64,000 nt of DNA from the human T2T-CHM13v2.0 reference genome, Homo sapiens. How positions within the stretch are numbered: position 1 is the stretch's first letter; every line of letters starts with the position of its first letter. The stretch lies in NCBI RefSeq assembly GCF_009914755.1, contig NC_060926.1, one strand, 5' to 3'. The translations under genes were made by a program, and so were the position numbers. The notes below the pieces were generated by a model. It was not told where the DNA came from and ran no database searches. It was given only the letters and a program-made list of their open reading frames with translations. This document shows positions 1 to 18,632 of this stretch, piece after piece.

Positions 1-119
1 GTGATTGGAAAGGTTAGTTTGGGCTGATGCCTGTCTCAGTGATTTGGAACTTGCAAGGAATGTACAAGTTTTTAATGAATTTGATGCTTTCAATGCATTT
101 GATACCCCAAGAGAACACT

Positions 120-831
120 TAAATATAAAGCAGAAGCCTAATTTTATATGTGCTCTTGGGGTGTAAAATTGTCCAATAAGAAGGAAATTAAGAGTGCATG
201 CTGGAATCAACTCCTTATACTTCCTGATCTCACCATCTATTGTGTGGTCAGCTATTATATGTTAAAGCAATTATAGAAATGTGCGGCCTCAGTGTTCTTG
301 GAATAATGCCTCATACTCACCAGGTTTGCTGTGTAGGATAAGAGTTTAGGAGAGGCCTACTGGCAGAAAGAGCATGAGATTTAATTCTCTTTCTAACTGC
401 CATCTCTTTTACTACAAAGCAGGAAAATAATAGCTGCTTTAACTGTTGTGATGGCAGTGATGAGATAATCTACTTGAAAGCAGTTTACAAAGTCTTAAAG
501 GATTTATAAGTGATGACTGACTTTTCGGTGCCTGCCCTATTCCTGTAGTCCAATGAATAAATCAATAATGGGATGATTTGGAGGTGAGAGTTTGAGATGG
601 CAAATATTATTGTTAGATTTTAGTGTATTGAGATGAATTTAAGACAATAGATAAAACCTGAGCCCATGTGCTGATTTAGAGTAAGCTGAGGTGTTTTTTA
701 AATATATTTCTTCTAGAATACACCTCAGCTTACTCTAAAATCTAAGACTTTGTAAACTCTTAATTTCCTTCTTATTGAACAATTTTATACCCCAAGAGCA
801 CATATAAAATTAGGCTTCTGCTTTATATTTA
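120..831. repeat. 76-bp inverted repeat (arms 120-195 and 756-831)
   Basis: The reverse complement of 120-195 matches 756-831 with 2 mismatches. Confidence 0.9.
675..739. repeat. 20-bp perfect inverted repeat, 25-nt loop
   Basis: tttagagtaagctgaggtgt (675-694) / acacctcagcttactctaaa (720-739). Confidence 0.9.
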
Positions 832-1344
832 GAAAATTTCTAAATGGTTTATTTTCAGGATTTATGTTACTGAATTTGTGTGAGAATCATCAGAGCAGGG
901 ACTATCTTTTGATTTTGTATACACCCTTGGTTATTGATAGACCCTTTAGAAATGACTCAATGTTTTGCCACAGTTCTTTGCTTGTAGATTGCTCTTCAGC
1001 TCAATACTGTTCTTGCCTTTTACTTCCAGAATTCATAACCTAATTGCTAAATTAGGTTAGTGATAATTAGTGATAGCTAAATCACCTCAGCCAATCTCTT
1101 AGGTACATACATCTCCTTAAACCAGTCTGTACTTCTCCCCTTTCTGATGCCAACTCCAACAGCCTCAGCCAGTCAAGATCTCCACACAGTCCCTTTGTTT
1201 TTCTACATGAAAATTGAAAAGTCAGATCAAGTTCTGCTAGGTTTTCCCCACAGTCTTTCTCTTAAAGATGAGGCAGATGGGGTAGGGCAAGTAGTCTTTG
1301 TTCTTCAATTACATTCTCATTTTGTGTTTCTTAAACCCTTCAGC

Positions 1345-1535
1345 TAATGACTAAAAAACCGAGTGTGATCTTGAGATTAACCTTTCTATACCTTATTTTC
1401 CTCATATATAAAATGAAAATAATAATAGCATTTACTTCTCAGGGTTATTTGAAGTAGTAAATTAGTTTATACTTGCAACATTTATAATAACATCTAGAAC
1501 CTAGGAAGAACTAAGAAAGTGTCAATAATTTTTAT
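1345..1535 (+). mobile_element. MIR SINE fragment
   Basis: gtgatcttg...ttttcctcatatataaaatgaaaataataatagc resembles the MIR core. Confidence 0.6.
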
Positions 1536-4221
1536 TATGACCCCCCTGTGTACTTCCTGAGATAGCTTCTACCCCAGTTGCAGCCTCCTGTCTGCGCATT
1601 GTGTATGTGTGTATATGTGTCAAAACAATTAGATAAAAATAGAAAAAAATCTACTTTTCAATTATTTATTTAAGAATAGGCTCATCAGCCCTGCCCAAAT
1701 GAAGAAAGATATTGAAGGCTATTCAAAATCAATATGAATGTCAACATACTTAGACAGATGGCCAACCTGCCTTGTGAGAAGCACAATGAACAAATCAATG
1801 AAACTCATTAGAAGGCACTTAAGAATAATAAATTATAAAGGAATAAATAATAATTCGGCAATGGCTTGGTTCCAGGAGCTTGAATTGAGGGTGTCAGAAT
1901 TGGAAACCACTTGAATATTCCCTGTATAAGTTAAGACAAGGTAAAATATATGAATCATTTTTGAAATGTTAAAACTTTTCCGTATGAACAAAGTGTATTG
2001 GTCAATTTGCATTTAAGTGTTCTCCTCTGTGAAGTGGCTTGAACATGCAACAGGAGCACTATTTTCTGTCTGCCAGTATGGTCACTCTCTACCCCACCTC
2101 CTAATTAGTCATAAACGAGAAAACATTGGCTTAGGATACTAAATTGTCATTACCACAGATGCATAAACAACACAGAAAGCTGTCCTGAGTTAGTGATTGA
2201 GAATACATCTAGTATTCTATTTTAGCATTATTACATTTGGCTGTTTATCCCTAGTTATTTTTCCATATTCTTTATGGTTAGTAAGCTTAGAGTAAAGGAT
2301 ATGAATCTGGGGTCAAGGGAGAAACTTCTTCAACTGTAGCTAATTGGAAAGGACCTAAATAGTCATTCATATTTAACTTGTTAAAACTCCCAGGGAAAGT
2401 TGAATATAAACAAGGGATAAGCCTTAAATCACAGAAATGCATCTATAATGTTACAGGTTGATGTTAACAATGAAGGAATGAAGAATAAACTGGAGCTATA
2501 GAGGTCTGACCACTTTCCCTGAAATCATATATTCTATTCAGGTAGCAGTTTTCTTCCCTACATACAGCTAGAGTTACCCTGGATTTTGGACAAAAATGCT
2601 GTCAATCTGCACATTACCTTCTGGAATTTTGTAACCAATTAAACCATCTGTTAGTGCCCTGGAGCACACCCACCTACAAGTTTCTCAGCTAATGAGTTGC
2701 TTGGTGGTTTCAGTAAAAGAGTTTCTCCTCAAGGACCATGCCTTACCCAGTTAAAAAGCCTGCAAGACATTGCTAAAGCATAGAGAAGTACAAGAATATG
2801 TACTTTTTCTACAGTACAAGGGTCAGTGTCAAACAGATGTGCAAAAAGTGGATAAGATCAGTTCAGTAACTGGGTGATCTCTTCACAGCTTCTATAAGTT
2901 TACCACCCTTTAGAAATAAATTAACTTAGGCCTGAGATAAGATCCTTTGTGTCTTTTTTTTGTAGAAGCTGCCTTCTTTGATATTCCTGAATAATGTCAT
3001 TAAAATGCATCTTCAAAAATGATCAGATTCTACTTACTAGTAAAATTTTACTTATGGTTTATAGGAACCAGGTATACAATGGAGAAATAATTTCCTAATA
3101 TATTGTTTGTGTGAGGGACCTGCAAATAGCTACTGACATATCAGGGAGGTAGTGGATAACACTGCACTAGGAGTAAATGTCATAAATCTGGAAAACTTCA
3201 GAGATACATATGTGGAAAACTCAAATATGTTGGTCTTCAATTAAAACAGTGCACACATGTTGAGTCTGCTACCCACACCTATCTAGCTACAGGTTTTACA
3301 TATACGCCCTCATGCAGCCCTAACACTTTTACCTTGATTGTTGCATATATGTGAGCTTTATAGATAGACAGTGATAAGGTCCTGTGTCCGAAGCTGGGAC
3401 TTAACAGTCAGAATTTGTATACATAAACACTAAAATGTCTAGAGGTTATTAAATTCCCACTTTCAAGTTCTATCCTAATTGATCATATTATGTCTTTATA
3501 TTTTTGTCATCTCTGCTTTTTTTCTCACCTTTTTCAATAGATTTCAGCATATTCTTTAAATCCTTTGTTCTCTTAAAAATCTCTAATTTGGGGGAGGCAG
3601 CTCAAGTTGGCTGATTAAAAGCAGCTGTAGTGCATGGCATTTATAAAGAGAAAGAAAAGGGTTGAGTAAATACACACCTTCAACAGAAATATCTAGATAC
3701 TCACACTGGGACTGATTGAGGAAACAACTCAACCCACAGAGAATGAAGGAAAGAAGGACAAGATGATGGCCCATTCAGGAGCAACATGGAGCCAAGGGAA
3801 CCCCCACCTGCAGCCAAGGGAAGTGGTGAGTAAATGTGTGACCCTGGGTAACCATGCATCTCCCATAGACCTTTTCAACCCATGGATCAGGAGCTCCCCT
3901 CCTGAGCCCACTCCACCAGAGCCTTGCGTTCAACACACAGAGCTGTGTGGAGTCTCAGCAGAGCTGCTGCTCAGAAACACACAGAGACCTGGGAGCTTTA
4001 CATACTCTAGCCCTGGGATCTCTGACAAAGGTAACTGCCACTCAGACAAGGTGAGAGGTCCATACATATCCCTAAGAAGGGGGCTAAATCCGAGAAGCCA
4101 AGCAGTGTCAGTCTGTGGGCTCCAATTACCAGCCACTACAAAAACACACTGAAATACACAGACAGTGACACTATGAAGCAACCACATAAACAAGTCTACA
4201 AAATAAATAGCTAGCATTGTG

Positions 4222-7200
4222 ATGACAGGAAAAAATCCATACATAACGGTACTAACCTTAAATGTAAATGGGATAAATGCCCCAATTAAAAGACACAGAG
4301 TGGCAAGCTGGATAAAGAACCAACACCTGTTGGTATGCCATCTTTAAGAGACCCATCTGACATGCAAAGACACATATAAGCTCAAAATAAAGGGATGGAC
4401 AAAAATTTATGAAGCAAATGGAAAACAGAAAAAGGCAAGGTTTACAATCCTAGTTTCTGACAAAACAGACTTTAAACCAACAAAGAAAAAAAAAAAAAGA
4501 CAAAGAAGGGCATTACATATGGTAAAGGGTTCAATTCCACAAGAAGATCTAACTATCCTAATTAAAAATGCACCAAATACAGGAACATCCAGATTCATAA
4601 GGCAAATTCTTAGAGATCTTCAAAGAGTCTTAGACTCCCACACAATAATAGTGGATGACTTTAACACTCCACTGAAAATATGAGACAGATCATCAAGTAA
4701 AAAGTTAACAAAAATATTCAGGACCTGAACTCAGCTCTGGATCAAGTGGACCTGATAGATATCTATGTAAATCTCCACCCAAAACACCATAATATACATT
4801 CTTCTCATTGCTACGTAGCACTTACTCTAAAATTGATCATACAACCGGAAGTATAACACTCCTCAGCAAATGTAAAAGAACTGAAATCATAACAGTCCCT
4901 TGAACAACAGTGCAAACAAATTAGACCTCAAGATTAAGAAATTCATTCAAAACCACACAACTACATGGAAATTGAACAACCTGCTCCTTTGGATAAGTAA
5001 TGAAATTAAGGCAGAAATCAAGAAGTTCTTTGAAACTAATGAAAACAAAGACAAATGTACCAGAATCTCTGTGTCACAGCTAAATCACTGTTTAGTGGGA
5101 AATTTATAGTACAAAATGCCCACACCAAAAAGCTAGAAATATCTCACGTTAACAACCCAACATCACAACTAAAATAACTAGAGAACCAAGAGCAAACAAA
5201 CCCCAAAGCTAGCAGAAGACAAGAAGTAATCAAAATGAGAGCTGAATGAAGGAGATGGAGACATGAAAAACTCTTCAAAATATCAACAAATCCAGGAGCT
5301 GCTTTTTTTTTGAAAAAAATAAAAATAAAACAGACAGGCTGCTAGCTAGACTAATAAAGAAGAAAGGGGAGAAGATTCAAATAAACAAAATTAGAAATGG
5401 TAAGGGGGATATTACCATTGACCCCACAGAAATAAAACAATGGAGAATATTAAAAACATTTTTATACACATAAACCAGAAGAAATAGATAAATTCCTGTA
5501 CAGATACACCCTCCCAAGACTGAACCAAGAAGAAATTGTATCCCTGAAGAGGCCAATAACAAGTTCTGAAATTGAGGCAGTAGTAAGTAGCCTACCAAAA
5601 AAAAAAAAAAAAAGCCAGGACCAGGCAGATTTACAGATGAATGATACCAGAGGTACAAAGTACAGCTGGTACCATTTCTACTGAAACTATTCCAAAAAAA
5701 TCGAAAAGGAGAGACTTCTCCCTAACTCATTCTATGAGGCCAGCATCATTGTGTTACCAAAACCTGGCGGAAACACAACACAAAAAAAAACTTCAGGCCA
5801 ATATCCTTGATTAACATCGATGCAGAAATCCTCAACAAAATACTGGCATCAAAAAGCTTATCCACCACAATTAACAAGACTTCATCCCTGGGATGCAAGG
5901 TTATTTCAACATACACAAATCAATAAATGCAATTCATCACATAAACAGAACTAAAAACAATAACCACAAGATTATCTTAATAGATTCTGAAAAGACCTTC
6001 GACAAAATACAACATCCCTTCATGTTAAAAACTCTCAATTAACTAGATATTGAAGGAACATACCACAAAACAATAAAAGCTATATATCACAAACCCACAA
6101 CCAGTATCATACTGAATGGGCAAAAAGCTGGAACCACAACCCTTGAAAACCAGCACAAGACAAGTTTACCCTGCCTCACTTCAACATGGTATTGAAAGTT
6201 CTGGCCTGGGAAATCAGGCAAGAGAAAGAAATAAAGGTATTCAAGTAGGAAAAGAGGAAGTCAAATTATCTTTGTTTGCAGATTACATGATAATATATTT
6301 AGAAAACCCCATTGTCTCAGCCCAAAAGCTTCTTAAGCTGACAGGCAACTTCAGAAAAGCCTCAGGATACAAAATCAATGAGCAAAAATTGCTTGCATTC
6401 CTATAAACCAGCAGCAGGCAAGCAGAGAGCTAAATCATGAATGAACTCCAATTCACAATTGCCACAAAAAGAATAAACTACCTAGGAATACAGCTAACAA
6501 GGGAAGTGAAGGACCTCTTCAAGAAGAACTACAAACCACTGCTCAAAAAAATCAGAGATGACACAAACAAATGGAAAAATATTCCATGCTCATGAATATA
6601 AATAATCAATATTATAAAATGGCCATATTGCCCAAAGTAATTTATAGATTCAATGCTATTCTCATTAAACTACCATTGACATACTTCACAAAATTAGAAA
6701 AAAACTATTTTAAAATTCATGTGGAACCAAAATAAAAAAGTCCAAATAGCCAAGGCAATATTAAGCAAGAAGAAAAAGCTGGAGTCATTACACTACCTGA
6801 CTTCAAACAATACTATAGGGTTACAGTAAACAAAACATCATGGTACTGGCACAAGAACAGACACATAGACCAATGGAACAGAATAGGGAATCCAGAAATA
6901 AGGCTGCACACCGACAACCATCTGATCTGTGACAAACCTGACAAAAACCAATGGGGAAAGGATTCCATATTTAGTAAACAGTGCTGGGAGAACTGGCTAG
7001 CCATATGCAGAAGATTGAAACTGCACCCCTTCCTTACACCATATACAAAAATTAACTCAAAATGGATTAAGGGCTTAAATGTAAATCCAAAAACTATAAA
7101 AACCCTAGAAGAAAATCTAGGCAATACCATTCAGGACATAGGCATGGGCAAAGATTTCATGATGAAGATACCAAAAGCAATTGCAACAAAAGCAAAAATT

Positions 7201-7558
7201 GACAAATGGTATCTAATTAAACTAAAGAGCTTCTGCACAGCAAAAGAAACTATCAACAGGATAAACAGACAACCTACAAAATGGGAGAAAATTTTTGCAG
7301 TCTATGCATCTGAAAAAGGTCTAATATCCAGCATCTATAAGGAACTTAAACAAATTTACAAGAAAAGAACAAACAACCCCATTAAAAAGTGGGCAAAGGA
7401 CATGAACAGATACTTCACAAAAGAAGACATACATCCTGTCAACAAACATATGAGAAAAAAGCCCAACATCACTAATCATTAGAGAAATGCAAATAAAAAC
7501 TACAATGAAATATCACCTCACAGCAGTCAGAATGGCTATTACTAAAAAGTCAGAAAAC
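4222..7558 (+). pseudogene. L1 ORF2p (endonuclease/RT) pseudogene; continues at about 10061-10515
   Basis: ORF fragments [16 protein letters not shown] (RT FADD-like motif) and [17 protein letters not shown]; many stops and frameshifts. Confidence 0.9.
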
Positions 7559-7671
7559 TCGTCATCTAGCATTAGGTATATCTCCCAATGCTATCCCTCC
7601 CCCCTCCCCCTTCCCCACCGCAGTCCCCAGAGTGTGATGTTCCCCTTCCTGTGTCCATGTGATCTCATTGT

Positions 7672-8973
<1,302 letters not shown>

Positions 8974-8985
8974 TTAAAGTATAAT

Positions 8986-9034
8986 TTAAAATAATAATAA
9001 TAATAATAATAATAATAGTAATAATAATAAAATA
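8986..9034 (+). repeat. (TAA)n tail of the source L1
   Basis: ataataataa repeat directly after the L1 3' end. Confidence 0.85.
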
Positions 9035-10053
9035 GCTCTGTGGACTCTGAAAAAATAAAATAAAGTGGAAACTCTAGTTCAATTCTTTTTATCCTCATTT
9101 CTCATGTAGAAATTTAACAAAACTGTGGAAGTAAAGTATTTGCAAATATTGAAGAATCTATAGTATGGCATAGTTTTTTGAGAAATGGACTCCTTAAAGT
9201 TCTTTAGAGACAAGTTCTCGTCTTGTTTTTATTTAATATTTTCAGTCATGGTGCAATTATGGAATAAAGAATACTCTTATTTTTGTTTTGAATTTTCAAG
9301 TGAGTGGAATGTTTTTTCAATAGCTCGTAAATATGAATTAAAATTAAATTGTGAGTTCAATATGAGTTGAATTTATTAAATTTCAAAGGTTTCTTGTAGA
9401 GTGGTTCATTTAGATGAGTAAATAGAGAGAGTGGTATACTGACAATATCACAATTGCGTTTGCTGTCAGGACAACCTAACCCAGATTCTCAGTCCATGAC
9501 ATAGCATGCAAATGTCATGCTAACACTCAGATACGAACACATAGCCAATCCTACATCAATGCTATCCTATTCCTGGATAGCATCGTGCCATAAGGAACCA
9601 GTTTGCAGGACTCATCATTGAAGTTTGGCATTTCAGAAGAGAAAGATTAATGCCTTCCTTTTTTTATATAAAACAACAGCCTTATAGATTTCCATCTAAA
9701 AATAATTTCTTCATCAAATATATTCTAAAAAAATTTTTGCTTACTGCTTATAGCTCCCTCTTGAGTATTCAAATATATACTAACATATTAACAGCTCTGA
9801 GAAGTCATATTGCAAAACCAACTCTTTAACTTTACTTAACCAGCATTGCCCAAATCTCTTTGACCACAGAGCATTTTCATGGTGTGTTTCAGTTATTAAC
9901 TCTATGGTATACTATTTGGGAAATATTGTCTCTCAATTGTTTAAGTCATTTATGCAAGTGTATGGAATAGTATGATTTTCATTATAAGCCTACATTTAGA
10001 ACAATGTTTTTGTATTGTAATATCTTAATTTGAATAAAGGAACCAGTACAATT
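9035..10053 (+). other. L1 3'-transduced genomic segment
   Basis: Non-L1 sequence between the L1 tail and a second poly(A)+TSD; AATAAA at 10033-10038, 15 nt before the A-run. Confidence 0.85.
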
Positions 10054-12234
10054 AAAAAAAAAAAAGTCAGAAAACAACAGATGCTGGTGAGTTTGTGGAG
10101 AAAAAGGAATGCTTCTACACTGTTGATGGATGTGTAAGCTAGTTCAACCATTTTAAAATACAGTGTAGTAATTCCTCAAAGATCCAGAGGCAGAATACTA
10201 TTTGATTCAGCAATGCCATTATTGGGTATATACCCAAAGAAATATAAATTGTTCTATTATAAAGACAACATGCATTTGAATGCTCATTGCAGCACTATTC
10301 ACAATAGCAAAGAAGTAGAATCAACCTAAATGCTCATAAATGATACACTAGATAAAGAAAATGTGGTACATATACATCATGGAATACTATACAGCCATAA
10401 AAGGATTGAAATCATATTGTTTGCAGGGGCATGGATGGAGCTGGAGGCCATAATTCTTAGCAAACTAACACAGGAACAGAGAGCCTGTTCTCACTTAAAA
10501 GTGAGAGCTAAATTATGAGAACACATGGACACATGCTGGGGAAAAACACACACTGGGACTTGTCAGAGGGTTGGGGGTGGAAGAAGGGAAAGGATTAGGG
10601 AGAATATTAATAGCTAGTGGATTCTGAAATTAATACCTAGGTGATGGGAAGATCTGTGCAGAAAACCACCATGGCACATGTTTACCTATAACAAACCTGC
10701 ACATATACCCCTGAATGTAAAATAAAAGTTGGAAATAGAAGATAAAAAATAAATTAAAAGATAAAAATATCTAGTTTTTATTTTACAACCTTCTTTACCC
10801 TATGTAACTCTCATTTAGGTTAGCACTGAAAAACTGTAAAACAAACCAAAATAAAAACATATAATAAAGCCTACAAAATCTTGAAATTCAGCTGACTGTA
10901 TGAAACCAAGTTACTTAGTTTGAAAATTTGGAGATGGCTCCATTTCTTATTGATATCTGTTTTCCTCAATTGTCCTTTCTAAAAATATTTACATTTATTT
11001 TTGATGTTACCAATATTCCTGTATTACTACTTAAATTTCAATGCCTTCAGTAAGATTGCTTGAGAGTTCCACTGCAAGAAAACTCATCTCTTTCTTTATG
11101 AAACCAAACTACATTTGGATCGTGTTTGATTCCTAACAGTGTTTTTAAAAGTAGTTTACCTAGCTGGAGCTGACACCTGTCTATATTGTGCAGTTTGAAG
11201 GATATAAGAAAAGATTTTCCACAAAGAAAAAAAGACTGCTTTTGATATAATCTCAGAAATTATGCCATCAGTGATTTCTTCACTTTGTATTAAGTATTAT
11301 GCTCTGCGGACCCTATTTTGAACTGAAAAAAAAAAAATAATTATTTTGCAATTGGTATGAATTCACTGTTTTGCTCAGAACAGGAAGACTCTAAACTGGA
11401 TGAAAGTACTGCTGCATACCAGGGGAGGGAACAAAAATGCATACCAGGGGAGGGAAGAAATGGAATTTAATTTGGGTACCAAAAGAAGGTTCCAGATCAT
11501 TAGATACAATTCTCTCCATTTTACAAACAAGGCAAATAAGAAGGAGGGAGGTGATTTGCTTTAGCTCATATGTTTGTCCTGCCACATGCTCAGCAGACAT
11601 TGCTTTCATGGGTAAGTCTCTGTTTTTTGTAATCACCCCAAATCCTAAACAAGCTGTCCAAAATAAGAGTTTTAATGTACGGACACTGTTGTCAATTTCG
11701 CCTTACCTCCCAGGTCCAGCATTTAAAAAATATTTTTAAAATATCAAATAATAACAGAAAAACACATCAGTTTAATTTTCTCTGGTACCATAATTCCTGT
11801 CAATCAGGTACTTCTACTTCCCTTTGAATGGACTCATTTATTCCTAAACTATGACTACCACTATCTGCTACTTTTCCTTTTGTCTAACTTATTTTTATCT
11901 TCAAAGCATCCTTATAGTAAAGTCATTGGTAAATATAAAGGAGCCACTGCCCTGTTGGCTACAATCCTGCTGCCGTATTCCCTAGCACCTAAAGAATTGT
12001 TGTGGCTGTTTTCATTATCTTTCATCTCTGCTGAAAGTGAAAGTAGGAGGGGAGAGAAGAGATGGTTCCATCACAGGCTCCACTTCAAAAGAGCCTTGAT
12101 CATGAAAGGAGGTGAGAGCCACATGAGTTGACTTTCTCTTCTAGCACACAATTATCTTAACATTAAGTAATTTACTTTGTAATTATTATGAAATCTTACA
12201 GCCTCTAAAACTAGGAACACTCTTAACATGAACA

Positions 12235-12530
12235 GATTCAATTCAAATTTCATTCCACTTAAAGAAAAACTTGTATTGAGTTCATACCAGGGTTCAGATA
12301 TTGTAATGGGAACCAAGACTTCAAAGATAAAAAATATCTGCTACATTCTCGCAAAGACTTCATGGTCTATTCTGTAGCCCAAACAGCAAAGACATTTAGC
12401 ATAATCTCAAACACATTGGAGGAGAAAATATATACTTTTTGAATTTTATGTACAGTATACAAATTGAGACAAGTATTTAGAGGTCAGTATAAAATGCATG
12501 GAAGTTCAGAGAAAGAGGTCAAACAGAGCC
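12235..12530 (-). mobile_element. L2 fragment
   Basis: ttcattcc...ttgtattgagttcataccagggttcagatattg resembles the antisense L2 3' end. Confidence 0.45.
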
Positions 12531-13642
12531 TATGTGTTTTCCGCCTGTTTTTTTAATTTAATTCATTAAATCTCCTACTGACCTGTACACTCCCTGACCC
12601 TTCTTGCCCTCAGTGCACATGCAAAATCCACACTCTACAGACAGGACCATTCTACCACAGGTCATTTCACTTGACAAACGTGTTTACAGACTTGTTTATA
12701 GTCTATCAAGTGGCCAATCAATTTCATTGAAAATGAGATACAACTGGTTACTCAGATAAATTCACCTTTTCTCCCAGAGCTAAGCTGTGTGGTTTCTATT
12801 ATTCATAAAGACACCTGCCTCTCCTGCAGAAAACTGATGATCATCAAGGGACCTGGAACTCAACACACTGAGTGTACATTCTTTGTATTAGACTCATTTG
12901 TAGTATGCTGGACAAACTATAAAAGGCTAATCTGAATTTGCAAACTTGTCCTCGCTTCCTAAGTGTGAGATTGTACAAAGATGGAGTATAAATGTTACAT
13001 GAGAAAAATAACAAGGCAGAAAGTGTACACGGCTTCACAATGCCTATCTAACCCCTGACAGATGTGCAACTGTTCTGTATTCAGTGAAGCCCATGTAGAA
13101 TGAGAAACTTACCAGTGTGAAGGACCTAAGAAACCATAGACGCTCTCTTTAACACAATTAGATGGAAGAGAGGTGGAGAGCATATCTACCTTCAACCATC
13201 TAAGACAATTTCTTATGTTGTCACACCATGAAAACAGATAGTTACACTGAGACTAAAAGACAATTGAAAGAACATTCAAATGAGATTCAACAATTTATAC
13301 CTTTTAAGCCTCTTATCCATTTTGAGATTACAGGTATAAAATGGTTGAAAGTTGGAGATTTAGAATGAACTTATCCTGCCCCTCACTTGAAATTTAGGAA
13401 AAAGGAGCTTTTTTTTTCTTTTCTCTCTTTTTTTTTTAATTATACTTTAAGTCCTAGGGTACATGCGCATGATGTGCAGGTTTGTTACATATGTATACAT
13501 GTGCCATGTTGGTGTGCTGCACCCATTAACGCATCATTTACATTAGGTATTTCTTTTAATGCTATCCCTCCCCACTCCCCACAGTCCATGACAGGCCCCA
13601 GTGTGTGATGTTCCCAGCCCTGTATCCAAATGTTCTCATTAT

Positions 13643-17549
<3,907 letters not shown>

Positions 17550-17612
17550 TATGATGTTAGCTGGTTATTTTGCTCGTTAGTTGATGCAGTTGCTTCCTAG
17601 CATCAATGGGCT

Positions 17613-18632
17613 TTACAATTTGGCATGTTTTTGCAGTGGCTGGTACTGGTTGTTCTTTTCCATGTTTAATGCTTCCTTCAGGAGCTCTTGTAAGGCAGGC
17701 CTGGTGGTGATGAAATCTCTCAGCATTTGCTTGTCAATAAAGGATTTTATTTCTCCCTCACTTATGAAGCTTAGTTTGGCTGGATATGAAATTCTGTGTT
17801 GACAATTCTCTTCCTTAAGAATGTTGAATATTGGCCCCCACTCTCTTCTGGCTTGTAGAGTTTCTGCTGAGATATCTGCTGTTAGTCTGATGGGCTTTCC
17901 TTTATGGGTAACCCGATCTTTCTCTTTGGCTGCCCTTTAACATTTTTTCCTTCATTTCAACCTTGGTGAATCTGACAATTATGTGTCTTGGGGTTGCTCT
18001 TCTTGAGGAGTATCTTTGTGGCATTGTCTGTATTTCCTGTATTTGAATGTTGGCCTGCCTTGCTAGGTTGGGGAAGTTCTCCTGGATAATATCCTGCAGA
18101 GTGTTTTCCAACTTGGTTTCATTCTCCCCATCACATCAGGTGCACCAATCAGATGTAGATCTTGTCTTTTCACATAGTCCCACATTTCTTGGAGGATTTG
18201 TTTATTTCTTTTTACTCTTTTTTCTCAAAACTTCTCTTCTCATTTCATTTTTTTGCTCCTCAATCACTGATACCCTTTCTTCCACTTGATTGAATCAGCT
18301 ACTGAAGCTTGTGCATGTGTCACGTAGTTCTCTTGCCATGGTTTTCAGCTCCATCTGATCATTTAAGGTCTTCTCTATGCTGTTTATTCTAGTTAGCCAT
18401 TCGTCTAATCTTTTTTCAAGGTTTTTAGCTTCCTTTTGATGGGTTAGAACATCCTCCTTTAGCTCGGAGAAGTTTGTTATTACCAACCTTCTGAAGCCTA
18501 CTTCTGTCAACTCGTCAAAATCATTCTCTGTCCAGCTTTGTTCTGTTGCTGGCAAGGAGCTGCATTCCTTTGGAGGAGAAGAGGCACTCTGTTCTTTAGA
18601 ATTTCAGTTTTTCTGCTCTAGTTTCTCCCCAT
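17613..18632 (-). pseudogene. L1 ORF1p, disrupted
   Basis: ATEQSWTENDFDEL and ENTLQDIIQENFPNLARQ fragments with stops and frameshifts. Confidence 0.95.

Noticed and set aside
11413-11456. 19-bp direct repeat tgcataccaggggagggaa (similar cases near 27183, 38124 and 51983)
   Set aside because: Only two copies each; ordinary slippage duplications, not an array
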